Shown piece by piece: positions 63,373 through 64,000 of a DNA stretch of 64,000 bases. The stretch's first letter is position 1, and every line of letters starts with the position of its first letter. The notes under the pieces are model-generated. The model had not been told where the DNA came from and ran no database searches. It saw only the letters and a program-made list of their open reading frames with translations. The position numbers were made by a program, and so were the translations under genes. This DNA is from a virus: IMG/VR virus record IMGVR_UViG_3300008050_007409; one strand, written 5' to 3'.

Positions 63373-63666
63373 ATGAACAAGGAAGAGCTGCTGGCCACGT
63401 TCGGCCAGCCCCGACGAGTCTTGGACAAGGGACACATCCGCCTGGTCGACGTGATGGGCGACGACGCTGCCATCGTGCAGGCTGCCCGAGTGTCCTACGG
63501 CGAGGGCGAGGGGCTGGAATTCGATAAGCGGAAGCTGATGAGGGACCGGGCGACCGCGTTCCACATGGGTGGAGGATCCGTTCAGAACTGTCGTGGACTT
63601 GTCGTGGCCGCGCCTGTTGACCCAAGAGCCGTCCAGGCGTTCTGGAAGGCGGTGGGGGTCCTGTGA
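63373..63666 (+). pseudogene. thyX: truncated flavin-dependent thymidylate synthase fused to foreign sequence
   Basis: [30 protein letters not shown] is the ThyX N-terminus; RHRx7S catalytic motif absent; only 97 aa. Confidence 0.8.
63566..63639 (+). repeat. 74-bp dispersed repeat, copy 2 (inside thyX remnant)
   Basis: 73/74 identical to 15418-15491. Confidence 0.95.
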
Positions 63667-63986
63667 AGCAGGCTCCCCCGACGATGGAGGAGGCGGGGCG
63701 ACCGCTCCGCTCCCCCATCACCGGCCTGTTCTGCTCAGACGACGAGTATGAGAGCGACCGGGAACACGTCATGGATCAGAGACGTAGCGACATCGCGCAC
63801 GTCGAGAAGACCATCAAGGGGCTCCGAGAGCCCGATGAGCACGTCGACTGCGACGGAGACGGGATCAGCTGCGATTGCTTCGTCAGCGAGATCGTCATGC
63901 TCTCCACTGGCTACGCCGAGGTCTGGCGCGACGGCGACGTCGTGCAGTCCGGCAAGGTCGTCTACAAGGAGGATCAGGATGCCTGA
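63663..63986 (+). CDS. hypothetical protein
   Basis: GTGA overlap; acidic; [10 protein letters not shown]. Confidence 0.65.
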   Translation: MKQAPPTMEEAGRPLRSPITGLFCSDDEYESDREHVMDQRRSDIAHVEKTIKGLREPDEHVDCDGDGISCDCFVSEIVMLSTGYAEVWRDGDVVQSGKVVYKEDQDA

Positions 63987-64000
63987 GCAGACAGCTCTGG

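Noticed and set aside
15418-63639. 74-bp repeat pair as a diversity-generating retroelement TR/VR
   Set aside because: Only one mismatch, no reverse transcriptase in the window, target near the N-terminus, and the copy is antisense to the target's coding strand.
1-64000. tRNA/rRNA genes, introns/inteins, alternative genetic code
   Set aside because: No cloverleaf or rRNA-like segment seen by eye; polymerase, RecA and helicase motifs are contiguous; genes tile densely under code 11 with TGA, TAG and TAA all used as stops.

Overview
GC-rich fragment of a large (probably jumbo) tailed phage with a myovirus-type baseplate; no head, portal, terminase or sheath genes are recognisable in this window. 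(1) 1-7.2 kb (+): replication/recombination module (family A DNA polymerase C-terminus, RecA, Hjc-like and RusA-like resolvases, tandem Cas4-like nuclease, UvsY-like protein). (2) 7.3-45.4 kb (-): a long, tightly coupled virion operon (tape measure, hub, gp25-like, baseplate-J-like, huge acidic repeat proteins, tail fibres). Embedded in it are a sigma-70 factor and seven basic proteins that share an N-terminal F-x-x-E-h-x-K-[IT]-A leader (one has only the KTA core) fused to unrelated cargoes (SNF2-like helicase, Zn metallopeptidase, P-loop kinase, Zn ribbon, glycine-zipper helices). This is the best candidate for an undescribed packaging/processing system. (3) 45.4-64 kb: accessory genes (two MerR-type HTH proteins, DEDDh exonuclease, PG-binding/CHAP endolysin, MoxR AAA+/VWA pair, RNase HII), an AT-rich origin-like region, and a truncated thyX carrying a 74-bp near-exact copy of a structural gene segment in antisense orientation. 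Also seen: a recurrent GNATAAG upstream motif, two probable CTG starts, and a homopolymer frameshift. All calls are by-eye motif recognition; no database searches were run.
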